Positions 26,986 through 39,955 of a stretch of 64,000 bases of DNA are shown here, one piece after another (the first letter of the stretch is position 1; each line of letters starts with the position of its first letter). The notes under the pieces were generated by a model. It was not told the DNA's origin, made no database searches, and saw only the letters and a program-made list of their open reading frames with translations. Source of the stretch: Paraphysomonas bandaiensis (taxonomy: Eukaryota > Protista > Chrysophyceae); contig CBFFRP010000096.1 in assembly GCA_965644295.1 (NCBI GenBank), positions 62,001 through 126,000 on the forward strand. The letters are read 5' to 3'. A program made the position numbers and the translations under genes.

Positions 26986-27365
26986 TTACTTCTTTTCAAG
27001 CTTCTGTAGTCTACTTTCAACACTTCGCTGAAAGTTTTCGAGCTGCTTATTCGACTCTTTGATTTCCTGATACAACAGTGAGCAGAGAGGCACTTACCCA
27101 AAACAAACAAAACTCACCTCATAAACCATATAAAAACTCACGCTGCATACATAACAACACAGTTAGAGATAGACAGACATATATATGAAGAGTTATCGCA
27201 CCTATAACCAACTGCAATACCCACCAGACAAGATGACAGACGCTCAGCGAATGTTGAGCCCTTTGAAGACGCTGTCGGCTGACTGGCAGGCGACTTCACA
27301 GACTCCGTACAAAACCTGTTAGCGCTAAACCTTAGCGGTCTCGTCAATACTCTCGAGCTAAACAT
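26986..27365 (-). CDS. Small probable mitochondrial single-pass membrane protein (~90 aa, 3 exons)
   Basis: Transit-like MFSSRVLTRPLRFSANRF, TM segment LSSCLVGIAVGY|SVSFYMVYE, coiled tail EIKESNKQLENFQRSVESRLQKLEKK*. Confidence 0.7.
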
Positions 27366-27445
27366 AATGCTGTTACTTATAATCCTTCACGGCAATGATT
27401 GCTACTAATTTGCACACAAGCACTTAACATCTCCAGCAGTACAGT

Positions 27446-27706
27446 GTATGTATGTATGTATGTGTATGTATGTATGTATGTGTATGTATGTATGTATGTA
27501 TGTATGTATGTATGTATGTATGTATGTATGTATGTATGTATGTATGTATGTATGTATGTATGTATGTATGTATGTATGTATGTATGTATGTATGTATGTA
27601 TGTATGTATGTATGTATGTATGTATGTATGTATGTATGTATGTATGTATGTATGTATGTATGTATGTATGTATGTATGTATGTATGTATGTATGTATGTA
27701 TGTATG
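27446..27706 (+). repeat. (GTAT)n tetranucleotide microsatellite, ~260 bp
   Basis: Directly visible. Confidence 0.99.
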
Positions 27707-27827
27707 GTTATTCCCTCAAAGAATTTGAAAATGAAGTGTGAAGTGTGAAGTGAGGGTGAGGTTGTGTACGTGTGGTATGGTGTCTAGTGCAGTGGATCGC
27801 TGTAACAGTCTGTGCGTATGGTGTAGT

Positions 27828-28804
27828 ATGGTATCTTATAGCCTAGAGGTGAATGCCGATGACTCAGATCCCTTTAATTCTCACCACATCAATACTTGTC
27901 TCTGCATCATTTCACTCTAATGTGGAGCAGATGCAGTATGGGGTTAATCTCCTGAGTGTGATCGACTCTGCTAGTAGAGCACATGGACTGGAGTTCTCAT
28001 ACTTTATGTTCTACGGCACACTACTAGGATCCTATAGGCACCACTCGTATATCCCCTGGGATGATGATGCGGATATCGTTGTCATGTATGAGGAGGGGGT
28101 GAGTGGATATGAGATCCATCAGAGAGTATCTGCGGCTCTTAAGACTATTGACTCACAGGTTATGATCATGCCTCTAAGATTACGTACAGAGAGCTCGTAT
28201 AAGCCTTGTGCATATAAAATATAACATTGATATCGCTGTTGATATATTCTTTGAGCCTGTTATTAAGGACGAAATGTCTTTTCGCTGCACTGAAAGGAGA
28301 AAGAATCAAACTATACACGTTCCTACTGTGGACATATACCCATTGGTTCGACGTCCCTTTGGTAACATAACTCTTAACGCTCCAAGGAAAGGAGCTGAGA
28401 TATTGAGATCATGCTATCAGCGGCACTTTTTGGAATTGTGTTCCTATTCAGCATACGACCACACTAAATCTAGACAACGGAGAGTGCGCCAGAGGGACAT
28501 TGCTCCATGCTCTTCCTTGTATACGACTTTCCATTTTGCAAAAGTTAAAACGAGATCTCGTGAAGGTATGCTCGGGATGGAGTACTTATTTGTCCGTGGC
28601 CAGTCCGTGCTCCAAACAGTTTTGATGTACCGAGAAAATGAAATCTACAGAACTTCTGGTAAGCTTAAATGGCGGGATATTTTAGTAACCAAATCAGCTG
28701 ATGGCATTGATGTTAACATTCGTGACAATATACCCATTTCTTTTTCATGTGGACTTAGCAAGTGTCTTATAGTAAGTCCAGAACAGCGGAGTGCGAGTTT
28801 ATAG
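27828..28804 (+). CDS. LicD-family nucleotidyl/phosphotransferase (fukutin/LicD fold); start approximate
   Basis: YGTLLGSYRHHSYIPWDDDADI motif, then VDIF and DIYPLVRRPFG...LNAP. Confidence 0.85.
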
Positions 28805-29599
28805 ACTGGCAAACAGTATATTCGCCGTATGTGGTATCTATGAAGGATCTATGCGAGAGTCAAATCTAAATTCTGCAATTATTCTTCCAGTCCAGATTTT
28901 TTTGACTAGTGTTTTTGAAGTCCAATATTTCAACAATTTTATGTAGCGGTCCACTATTTAATTATTGAATAATTTTTTTATTGGTAGCCAATAAACTAAA
29001 CTATCTAATGATTTTTTACATATGATAGTCAATTAGAAGTGAAACTAATTAAAGCTAGTTGAAATGAGAGATTTAATCTTCGTTAAGCCCTTTTAGAGTG
29101 AAACCCTACTAATAGTAAGAAGGAAAAACATAATATTGAACTATCCCCATTCTGCCTTAAAAAGTGTTTTTATGACCTGAATTGCTTTCAACTGAATGCT
29201 CATATTAGTACAGGTCAAATGTAGTTATTCAACTTCAATATTCGGTTTGATGTTGAAAGTCATCCGTAGTATGTGACTTCATTATATTACACTACTATAA
29301 GGGACCCACTTTCAAAATCATATCATCGAACACTCGAATAGCTAAAAAGCATTTGCAATTTAATTAACGCCCTGATTGTGACGCCTTGGTGTTAAATATC
29401 CTTCCTGTCACTGTTCAGCTATTATAGTTTGGCCATGCCGAGATCTCATGTGCTAACACTGTGTGAGGTGTGAGCTATGGAGAATCTATGGTATCTACTT
29501 ATAGTTGGAGTGGCATGAGTGACTATATGCTACTGTGGAGATCTGGTGACTATCATATGATTGCTAGGAGCTCTGGGAAATGGAAACGCCCAAGGGTGC

Positions 29600-30104
29600 T
29601 AAGATTACTAGGAACCCACAGCCGAACCGAGACTGGAACACCGCCCACCGCACATATGAACCCCACCAATCATACACATAGGACCATAGCACCGGACCGC
29701 ATAAAACCATCAGGCCCTAGAGAGCGACAACGCCGTCTCCGGCAACTCCACATATGCCTGACGCCCAGACGGTGTACGGCGACACCGCCACATTCCACCA
29801 CACCATGAACCTCTCAGCACACACATCTAGTGCTCGGTACACTCAGGACCTTAATACAGAACCCTGTACCTCAGAGCCTGGCGGAACCTTATCCCAAGGG
29901 GAGACCCCCGGACAACTCGCGCCAGTGAGTCTTAAGACACACAAGCAGGGCGAAACTCACAAACAACATTAAGAACGGAAGTGGTTGCACCTTGGTGCTT
30001 GCGGCGACGCACAAGCAGCTTCTGTAGCGCTAAATAGTAGGATAATGGAATTTGTACGGATTAGTTATGGGTAGAGGTCTAACTAGTAGATCTAGCATAC
30101 CACT
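29600..30104 (+). mobile_element. Short 3' fragment of a non-LTR retrotransposon (copy D); 5' boundary approximate
   Basis: C/A-rich degenerate coding sequence containing PKGRPPD (29893-29913), as at the end of the ORF in 30641-32197, followed by the shared structured motif at 29976-30024. Confidence 0.65.
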
Positions 30105-30640
30105 AGCCACTATTATCGGAACGAGTTTTTAACGCCTGTTGCTAAATAAAAAGACTTTCAATATAGGAGCTCCGAATAAACATGACTTCGAGAAATACTT
30201 AATTCAGGGTTTGGGTCAGGTCGTGGTTGTTGTGTGCCTCGTACCATACATACGAGGATACGAGGTGATAGAGGTACATTTGTTGTAGCGTTGTAGCTAA
30301 AACTGAAATTTGAGGCTTTATTGTTTCTTTAAGCTATTCTAGAACCTAGAAGAATTAACATTCCATAACGTATAATGTAGTAGATAGGATTGATTAGTAT
30401 AAACAATACTTTTATATTTCATATGTTTTTGTGATGTTAATCAGGAAACAGCTATTTCCTCTTACAACAAGCAAGCTACATATAGCGCAATACAATCTAG
30501 ATACACCAGGGTTTCAACATCATGAGGCTAAGCTACAATTCAGCCTGGGAAAAAGAAATATTGTCTCACTTTTTAACTCATGTTATACTCCAATATTACA
30601 TCCTCATTACCCATGGAGAAATATAACCAAACACTTTTTG
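30105..30640 (+). repeat. Direct repeat R1 (~535 bp), near-identical to 32198-32728
   Basis: agccacta(t)tatcggaacgag...aaacactttttg occurs twice, differing by only a few substitutions and small indels. Confidence 0.97.
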
Positions 30641-32197
30641 ACTGCCAGGCGGTACAGACGCGGACCAAAGAGGCCCTCTCACACAGACGGCGCGCCCTCG
30701 GAACAAAGCCCCAGGGATATTTTACGAATGCCTCGCCACCACAGCTCTTAAACAGCGCTCAATAAAATGGACGCGCTCGCACCCCGAACGTAGAACACAA
30801 GATCAAAGCAACTGGACCTACACTGACCACGGCATTTACATAGCTGACGCCGCCGCCAGTGGCGATTGGAAGACACTAGACAAAGTGCTCGGAGCCTCCA
30901 ACTACAGTGTTGCCACAACTGACGCTACTACGCACATACTGGAAGAATTCTTCACCACGGGTCAATGGCACTGGCGTAGATACGATACACACCTCCTCAC
31001 AGACCTCGGTCCTATGCTAGGAGGCTTTACAGATCTCCACCACCAGTGGGACCTACATCACTACACCCTCCGACGAGATAGCATGTATGCTGCACAAACG
31101 CAACGAGACCCGCAGTATTGGACACGCAGCGGAACAAGGCTCCCACACAAGCTTCATCCCCTCCGTACCCATAACTCCTCCAAACACTACATCCCCCTCG
31201 CAGAGCGTATACGCGAGACGGCATACGTATGGGACAAATCCTTTGCAATGGGTAGAAACCGAGCCAAAGGAAAATCCGGATATGATCGCACAACGGCTTC
31301 CACATGCGCAGACTGTGCACACCCCACAGACAACATGGCCACATGCTTCTCACCTGCACTCACCCTGACATCATTCACATACGTGAAGATGTCCACCAAG
31401 CACACCACAATAGGCTTGACAAACTTCGCACACGCACGCTCCCCCATCCCTGGTTTTACACCGCCATAACCAAACTAGCCAAAGCCGCATGGAACCCAAC
31501 CACCCCCTAGGTTGAGCGCTACTGGACCGGCCACATTACTGCCACACAAATGGCCGACGCATTCGGACGCCACATATCCAGCTCACTGCTCGAACATCAA
31601 TTCTACGCCCTAGAAAAATCCATCGCCTCTATCCTACTCCCCCTATATGATGGAGGGCTCCGCATGCTTCGCAATAGGGGACACAGACACCACAACGTAG
31701 ACACGGCACCGGCGACACCGATCCCGACACACGCAAAGCAACGCCAGCCCCAGGATACCCACCCGACACCAAAAGTACTCCAGCTACTCCAGGCGACATC
31801 CACCCCACGAACTACACTCTCTGCAAGAGCCCAGACCCGACAGAGGCAAGCGCAACCACTCCGGAAACAACTCATCCTTACTTGTGGCCGAAACCCCACC
31901 TCAACAACCAGCACCATCTCCACCACCGACTTGCACTCTCATATACATCTCGCCTCACCCACCCCCCACATAATCCATGGCACAGGCCCGCCAGACACAT
32001 TGCCCAAAGGTAGACCCCCCGACTAACCTCACTACAAGGGACGGTTGCACCATGGTGCTCGCAGCGATGCACAAGCAGTCCCGAGACGGTTTCCCGCCAC
32101 TAGTAGTATATAGCAAATCTAGTTATTAGCTAGTCTATAGACATAAACTAGTTTCTGTACGCAACCGTACTCATGTAATAATCAGACTTTCATATAG
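30641..32197 (+). mobile_element. 5'-truncated, degenerate non-LTR (LINE-like) retrotransposon (copy E)
   Basis: C-rich broken ORF with C-terminal CCHC finger across a frameshift (CADC...DNM/HMLLTCTHP), YWTG motif, terminal LPKGRPPD* at 32026; structured motif at 32038-32082; flanked by R1/R2. Confidence 0.7.
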
Positions 32198-32728
32198 AGC
32201 CACTATATCGGAACGAGTTTTTAACGCCTATTGCTAAATAAAAAGACTTTCAATATAGGAGCTCCGAATAAACATGACTTCGAGAAATACTTAATTCAGG
32301 GTTTGGGTCAGGTCGTGGTTGTTGTGTGCCTCGTACCATACATACGAGGATACGAGGTGATAGAGGTACATTTGTTGTAGCGTTGTAGCTAAAACTGAAA
32401 TTTGAGGCTTTATTGTTTCTTTAAGCTATTCTAGAACCTAGAAGAATTAACATTCCATAACGTATAATGTAGTAGATAGGATTGATTAGTATAAACAATA
32501 CTTTTATATTTCATATGTTTTTGTGATGTTAATCAGGAAACAGCTATTTCCTCTTACAACAAGCAAGCTACATATAGCAATACAATCTAGATACCAGGGT
32601 TTCAACATCATGAGGCTAAGCTACAATTCAGCCTAGGAAAATGAAATATTGTCTCACTTTTTAACTCATGTTATACTCCAATATTACATCCTCATTACCC
32701 ATGGAGAAATATAACCAAACACTTTTTG
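32198..32728 (+). repeat. Direct repeat R2
   Basis: Second copy of 30105-30640. Confidence 0.97.
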
Positions 32729-32954
32729 TGAGATGCAACGGGGATATTGTCATTGCTTCTTAGCCCTGATTCATTGATGTCAAATGGTATGATCACTTAA
32801 AGAGAGCCAGTGAAAGTTAACATCAGCCCTTGCTCATTAGATTTTATGACGTGAAGAAAAATCTAGCAGGAGACTATACAACGCGCGCTTATTGTATTCA
32901 ACTATTACTACCATTAAAAATCAGCAGCCCAATGCTGATTACACACGGACTACT

Positions 32955-35290
32955 TTACGCTATCATTTGTTCCTTTGAGCTAACAATTGTTTCCTCGAGC
33001 TACAAAGAATTCTTAAGAATATACTGAAGTATAATAAGAATCTTACCTTGATAACGACTTGATAATTGGAGTCATCATCGGAATCATATCCATCTCTGAG
33101 TGCGATTCTTGCCGGCCGGGTGGCTTCAAATGCTGCACGCCTTACAGCCATTCTATTAAGGAACTCCTCAGCCAGTTGTCTTCTCTCAGCCTGTACAGCG
33201 GTGTTCAGTTGCTGCATTCGCTCCTGATCTTCCTTTTCGAATATCTTCTCGTACTTGCGTAGGTTTTTCACGATTAGCTTCTTCTGCTCCACCGACAACA
33301 AATCCTTAGGGCGAGGTCGCCAAGCGAACTGGTAAAGCTTCTCCTTGCGAACTTGGCAAATTGGGGTGCCTTGGAAAGTGTATAAATTGTATCCGTCCTC
33401 CGGCATACCACGGAGGTTACTTTGGCGCAACGGAGTAATAGTAGCAGTAGCAAGGATACGGCCGGAGGGATCCCATACTATACGATTGCATCTATCATGA
33501 CGGCGGGAGGCCATTGTCACATTGTTATCGACATCATGCAGATCAAAGTGTGCCGAATCTTGCTGCACGTACGCTATACAGACTACCCCACCTGCAGGCG
33601 ACCATATCACTTCATTGCACTGCTTGCCTTTGAGTGAAAACAGAAGCGACAATTCCTTGGTAACTGCTTTTTTCTTTCCAGCTACCCCGGGGCCGTAAAA
33701 CGATATCGTTGGTGAACGAGCCTCTCCATGAACCAAACAAAGACGTGACCCTGAAGGTTCCCATTGAACGTCCAGCACGGTATCTGCCAGTTCTTCTTGC
33801 TCAACGGGAACCTCCGGTTCGCATACTCGGAAGAACATAAGTACATAAGAGCGTTTCTTGCCAGAAATCTTAGTCATACGAACGCAGAGATACTTGCCCT
33901 CATTCTGCCATACCATGCGCCCGTCCTGTACATCGAATACCTTACGAGAGCAAATCGGTGTTCGATCAGGCATTTGAATAATATTTATCATTGCAGGATG
34001 ATTTCCGAACGCTGGTGACCAGTAGGAAATATAGTTCCCCTTTGGAGACCAAACAAAATCCAAAGCATCCTTGGCTGCGAGAGACTTCTTGTCGAGCAGG
34101 CCCATTGAGGGAAGAGAATATACCTGAATGATTCCTGTTCCGAGTCTGGCCACGTAATTGCCATCAGGAGACCACTTGAGTCTATTAGGATCCTGGAGCG
34201 CTGTGACTTTACTGAGCGGTATGTTGCTGTGATTGGTGTTACCCTCTGCAATTGTGCATATTCCTCTGCCATCTAGAGATACAATCCGCCCCCTCATAGG
34301 TCTCTCCACTCTCTTCCCACCTGGTTTCTCCTCAGATATCTCAGCCTGAACCTGGAAGTCTTTGTCTAAGGGATTCTTGAGCTTGAATGTACGCAGTTTC
34401 TCTCCACTGCGAATATCCCAAACAATAATGGCTTCGTTGGATGAATGGTCCTGAAACATGTAGGTGACCATGAAACGCTCACATGGGGAGAAGTCAACGA
34501 GTTCAACACCGGCATGCATGTATCGCCCCTGCGCCTCGAAATCTGGACCGCCCCAGAGCTTCACGCCTGGAGGGTGGAAGGTAGCCAGGTAGCTTCCATC
34601 AGGAGACCATTGTGTGTAACTCTCGCACCAGTGGCGGGGTTTCTCCCTCTCACCTCCATACACCAACTCCGGCTCATCACCTTGCACCTGGGTGCTCCAG
34701 GTTACCTCAGTTTCCTGCGCGTAGCGAACAACGAATTGGTCACGGCAGTGCTTATCACTCAACCAGCTAGTGGGGTCAGGGGATGGTTTAAAAGGAGGAA
34801 TAGGAGGGGGGCTAAATTCATCAGGGACGGCCTCTAATGTATCCATGTCACTGTACAAGTACACTTTGAAAATGTGATTTTTGTCAAGTGCATAGTTGTT
34901 TACAGTCTTTATAGCATGCTTGGCATCTGCAGCGGAAGGATACGTAACAAATGCACATCTGATAAGTAAATAAAATGATTATCAGGTAAGATATGAGTCA
35001 ATGAAGTCCACATACCCGGCAGTCTTTCCAGTCTCTTCATCTTCAGGCAGATAGAGTTCCACATTCTGATTAACAGCAGAGAAAACTTTATTAAGGAGCA
35101 AGTTTCTGAGCTTATCTATCCTCTTGGTGTCATTGAGAGCCACTACAGGGACATTATCTACTACTATAGTCGAGCTAAAGTCAGGAGCGAAGGGGGCCTT
35201 ATTAATCTCAGGCTCAAAGCCCTCTGGGTCCTCTGTGAGGTACTCGGCAATGTCGTTATAGTCAGGCAGCTGAGTGTAGTAGCTGTCCAT
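32955..35290 (-). CDS. EIF3B: Eukaryotic translation initiation factor 3 subunit B (PRT1)
   Basis: RRM (IVVDNVPVV...GKTAG|CAF), beta-propeller WCESYTQWSPDGSYLATFHPPGVKLWGG, C-terminal YQFAWRPRP...IVKNLRKYEKIF; last exon LEETIVSSKEQMIA*. Confidence 0.96.
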
Positions 35291-37431
35291 GGTCTAGCAG
35301 GTTAGCTATATATATATGAACAGGTGGAATGAGACAACTGCAGGGTTATGGAATGGATGAAGGAGGTCTACAGGTGTTTTCATATGTTAGCATCTCATCA
35401 CGAGCCGTCCAGTCAGTGTATGTGTCGAGGGTCTGTCTACAGCAGTATTGTATACGTGTATAGTAGCAGGCAGTGTATTCTCACCACCCACATCATCATA
35501 GTGTCCTGTATCTTTAGAAGATACTCACTCGTATTTCAGTTTTTCATAAAGACACACGGTATTATGATATACAATACCACTACAGCCTAATAATATATGC
35601 AGCATGTCCCGTATAATGTGATGCAGTATACCGCCGTATAATGAGATGTATTCTCATTCCAAGGTTTTGCTTGTAAGTTATCATGCATATATGACTGTAT
35701 GCAGCAGTTAAGAGTGATGTGATGTCATGTGATGTGATGCAGTGTTTCATTGCAATCCTAATGTTAACAAAGAAGATAAATGGTCTTGATTAGGGTTAGG
35801 GATATACAGTTAAAAGGATATACGGTCCCCATAGCTTTTTGAGGTGCAGTAAAGAGTGTAGTGGCTGTTAAGTGTTTCCGTCTGGTAACTGTCATTCATT
35901 GATCACAAACACATACGTGAAACCACTGACCTCACGATTCGCTGAGTTTTCTTTCTGCTTTATAAGAACACGAGAACTTTCACGCTGGGCGCGGAACCAA
36001 CTCTCCTTGGTCACTCGAAGCTGTTGACTATCTAAAAGCTGCCAAAAAATACTTAACAAATCCACCCGATAAAAATATATAGCATACCTCGACTATTCGA
36101 TTAGGGTTAGGAATTGACTATATATAATCTTTATTTCGCTATCCTATGTATGACACAATTTTTATTCATAGGGAGGAAGATCAGTGTAAATGGACGCTAA
36201 GAATAAGTTGAGAGATATAATGTGGAAGCCGCCGCATAAGTAGTAAGAGCAAATGTGATATGCGATACAATATTACGCCAATTAATCAGTCGTCTACTAC
36301 CTTGGCTGACCATATATATCGCGCAAGACCCTGCAAGCACCATCCTTCCGTCCCTGTCTTGTTCGCCTTCTCATAGCCCATAATTTTCCGTATATGTATT
36401 ATGTAGAATGTAGGCCAAACGGCCAAACCAGGCATTTGTTTAGCCCTTCGATAATTTTTTCGTAGCGATATATTGGCCATGCAAGTAGAGTTTAGATTTA
36501 GCTGGTGCTTGCATGGCTTCAGACACAAAGAATGTGCCGGAGTTTTGATAAATATTCTTTGCATCAGCACTATATTAGGGCAATCTCTCCGAATCAGGCA
36601 GGAGTAGTGGGTGGTAGCAGGTAGCAGACATTCTGTATTCAGGTGAATTCTGCATTACAGAGATGAAATGAAACTATTTAAATATTGCTAAATTAACATT
36701 TTATTTTCGCAAGTCAATATTTCATCCATTTGAAGTCTACGGCTAACATAGACACAGATATTACATATAGTTTTTGGATGTTATATACGACTTCGGATAT
36801 TTCATTTAGAAATTTAGAACAACCAGAATACATTCTTTTTTATATATTCAAAATTAATACTGAGAATACGTAGGGGTAGTGCTAATCAAGTTTGACATTT
36901 TATGAGAAGTATTAACTTAACAACAGAAGGTAACTTATACTCAATGCTGATAATTTTATAAATAATCAATTTCATGTTACCTCTACTACCACTCATTTCT
37001 CGTACGACGATCTTACGTCGTCACTACAACTTGCATCGTCACTATATTCCGTTTTACCGCTATATACTTATCGTCGTTCATACTCACAATACGATTAACA
37101 AGACTACAACTGTATACTACAGTAATTTAAATACCTTATAACTACAGCTTTCAATTGCTCTCATATAGCAGAACTCAACAGTGCTGTAGTTTGTACTTTA
37201 CTTAATAGAATGTCTCTTCTATAGTCCTCATAGCCTACTTCAACATCGCTACAGTATGAGAATGAAATAAAATATTTTATATGCATTATAAAATAATCCA
37301 ATTTCTAATACATAATAGATTAGAATGAATATGAGAATGGAAAAATAGCTCTGGACAACGCAATTAACAATGCAATTTTCAGGTACAGAGAGCATAGTCA
37401 CAAAATACTCTTTGCAGTCCCCAAAAGCGCT

Positions 37432-39353
37432 CTATTGATTTCGCTTACTTTTTCTACTGGGGCTGGACTGTGTAGAATTCATTTTGTCTTTCTTAGTAAC
37501 AATCAATTTGGAGATGTTCTTCACTGTACTGCGGTCAATATAATCGCTGCTACTAGTTACTTTCTTCGACGAATTCGATATGCCTTCGTCATAGCTCAAC
37601 GCCTGACGCGTGAAGTCACTCTCTGTTTTCACCTGCGCGGCAGGAACACGGACATTTTTCTCGGAGCAGTCGGGTACAGCAGTCATCAGGTTCATGAACA
37701 GTTGTTTCTGCAAACGATTATACCCGGGCAGTTTGTGAAGGCGCGATGTCTCAGAAGTATTGTCAGAGGAGGGGAGGGCGGAGTACTCTTGTACACTCGC
37801 ACTCATAGTGGAGAGGTCCTCTGGAGTTGCGTCTTTTAGCATGCGTTCACCGATCTGCTTGATGAGCTTGTTAATTTCGTCGTCCAATTTGTGCACCACA
37901 TCAGGAAGCTGCAAATCAAGATGATTACGACATGTCGAACAACTCATGTACAAAGACATGCAAATAGCCTCGTACTCACCATTTCAACCGAAACTGGTCT
38001 TCCACCATCTGGTATGAGGTCCTTGTTGACCTTCTGCAGAAATCTGGGGACTGCTCTCCGCAGACTCTCCACACCCTTGCGCATTCTCTGATCTCGCTCC
38101 CTGCAGTCGTCGCCTTCTTTCCGAGCAGAGGTAAGAGCTGCATCTTTCATGTCTACTTCCTGATACATTTGGCGATTAGAAGCCAACATTTGTAGCTTTC
38201 TTTGAGACCGCTCCAACAGATCTTCGATGCTTTGCTTCTTTGACTTGTGGTTGGCTAGCTGCTCCTTGAGGTCGGCCTGCACTTGATTGAGTCGCTCTAT
38301 TCGAGATGACTTGGAGTTGTAACTCGTAACTATGTCCTCGATCTGCTGGCGTGTGAGAGAAAATGAGCCATCCCGAGAGCTCGATATGTCAGTGGGAGAA
38401 GCACAGCTCTCGCCCCGTGCCCTTGGACTACTCTGTATCGCCGACTCGTGCCCATCCAGCATTCTGTGTCCCATCTTTGTCTCCAATTCTTGGTTGCCTT
38501 TAATTCTATCAAGAGTACTATGCAGACTTTGCCGCACGCGTTCCACAGACTGCTTTCCCTCCATCACCATGCTCTGTAGCTCCTGCATCTTCTGTTGACG
38601 CTGGTCTGTGCGGCTTTTAACAGTTTTGGTCAATACCTCTACATGGCGCTCCTCGGCCGCTAACTCGTGTTTACTCAGTCGTAAAGTACTTTCCAGTCCC
38701 GTATATTCCGCTTTGGCCTGATTCAATTGCTGTGTTAACACATGGGACTGGGCCTTACAGTCCATGATATCTTGCTCCAGTCGATTCGATAGGTACGTCA
38801 ACATGCTACGAGTTCTCGCCTCTGCTTGTATACTGTCCTCTACTGCATCAAGATCACTCTCAATTCCAGCAATGGCACGATTATGACTCGACATATTTTC
38901 TTCCTGAGTTACCATAAAACCTTCCAGTACCTTTTTGCTATCCAAAACATCAGCAAGCTCTCGTTCCTTAACAACATTGGCAGTCCGTATACCATCGTAT
39001 TCCTTTTGTAACGCCGCTAAAGCAGTGCGGGCTTTTTCCATTTCTGCAGACTGCGCTTGATTAATTTCTTTTTTCATGTTTAACAGTGCCGCAGCATCAT
39101 TTTCAAGGAGCTTATCTAGATCGTCAATGTTAGAGTTCATTTTTTTCCCTCTGGCTCTGGAATCCAGCTCCGCAGACTGAGAACCCTCTGACTCCACAAA
39201 TTTTCTCCCTTTGAATGTACCAGGCTTAGTAGCAGGGTTTCGGATTCCTAGTGTAAATTTGGATTTGGAAATGGAACTCTTAGATAACTGAAACTTTGAT
39301 GACGGTTGTTGTCTAGTGGACCCTCCACCGGGAACAATAGAAGTCATTGCCAT
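37432..39353 (-). CDS. Long coiled-coil protein (2 exons); function unknown, possibly axonemal docking-complex-like
   Basis: 469-aa ORF spliced (intron ~37912-37979) to LPDVVHKLDDEINKLIK...; heptad-rich central region. Confidence 0.65.
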
Positions 39354-39955
39354 CTTATAAGTGAGTTTCCTTTGTGTACTTTACTATAAGTCACTAGGAA
39401 TAGTTACAGTGAGGTTATGTTTGTGTATGAGGTGGGGCTGATATATATATATATACTCTGACAGTTACTGACTGCAGTAACAGTCACAGTAACCGTTTTT
39501 TTTCTTGAAGTACATGTGTATGTGTATGTGTATGTGAATGTATGCATAGTGTGGTGTGTATGTACTGCTCTCTACGTATGCATGTCTACGTATATCTCTG
39601 TATATGTCTGTATATGGATTAGTCGAGAAAATTTGAGGAAAATTTATGACTAGAACATCACACACAGCAACTCATCTGTCCATCTACCTCCCTGGGTAAC
39701 CCTGTAATACGGCCGTGGACTACAGCAGGTAGGAGTATGTATATGATACAGTTACATAGAGATCCAGTGCATGTATATACATATACACAGTACAGAGTCG
39801 AGTCTGTGTTGCACTCTCATCACTCCACACAATACACACTAACATCGGAACTATCAGACATATGTAAGGAAGTAGCTGGTGCTGTAAGGTTCGTTGAACA
39901 TGTGATGCCCTATTTGATCTGATGGTGGTGCATACAGAGCTATTAACAGATAGAT

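Noticed and set aside
27399-27748. ORFs of (MYVC)n, also at 60780-61363
   Set aside because: Translations of stop-free microsatellites, not proteins
29990-30020. GNRA hairpin with AC bulge resembling group II intron domain V; CTGATG at ~8981 resembling a hammerhead core
   Set aside because: No AGC/CGC triad or domain VI, stem too short; CTGATG is not conserved in copy A and no matching GAAA/stem architecture was found
30105-32728. R1/R2 as LTRs of an LTR retrotransposon or TRIM
   Set aside because: No TG...CA ends, PBS or PPT seen; the interior is LINE-like
35931-36020. Exon-like minus-strand segment LRVTKESWFRAQRE... with AG/GT borders
   Set aside because: No partner exons could be assembled
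35790-36111. TTAGGGTTAGG telomere-like dimers (also ~7695-7705)
   Set aside because: Only about two units each; cannot distinguish telobox or healing scar from chance
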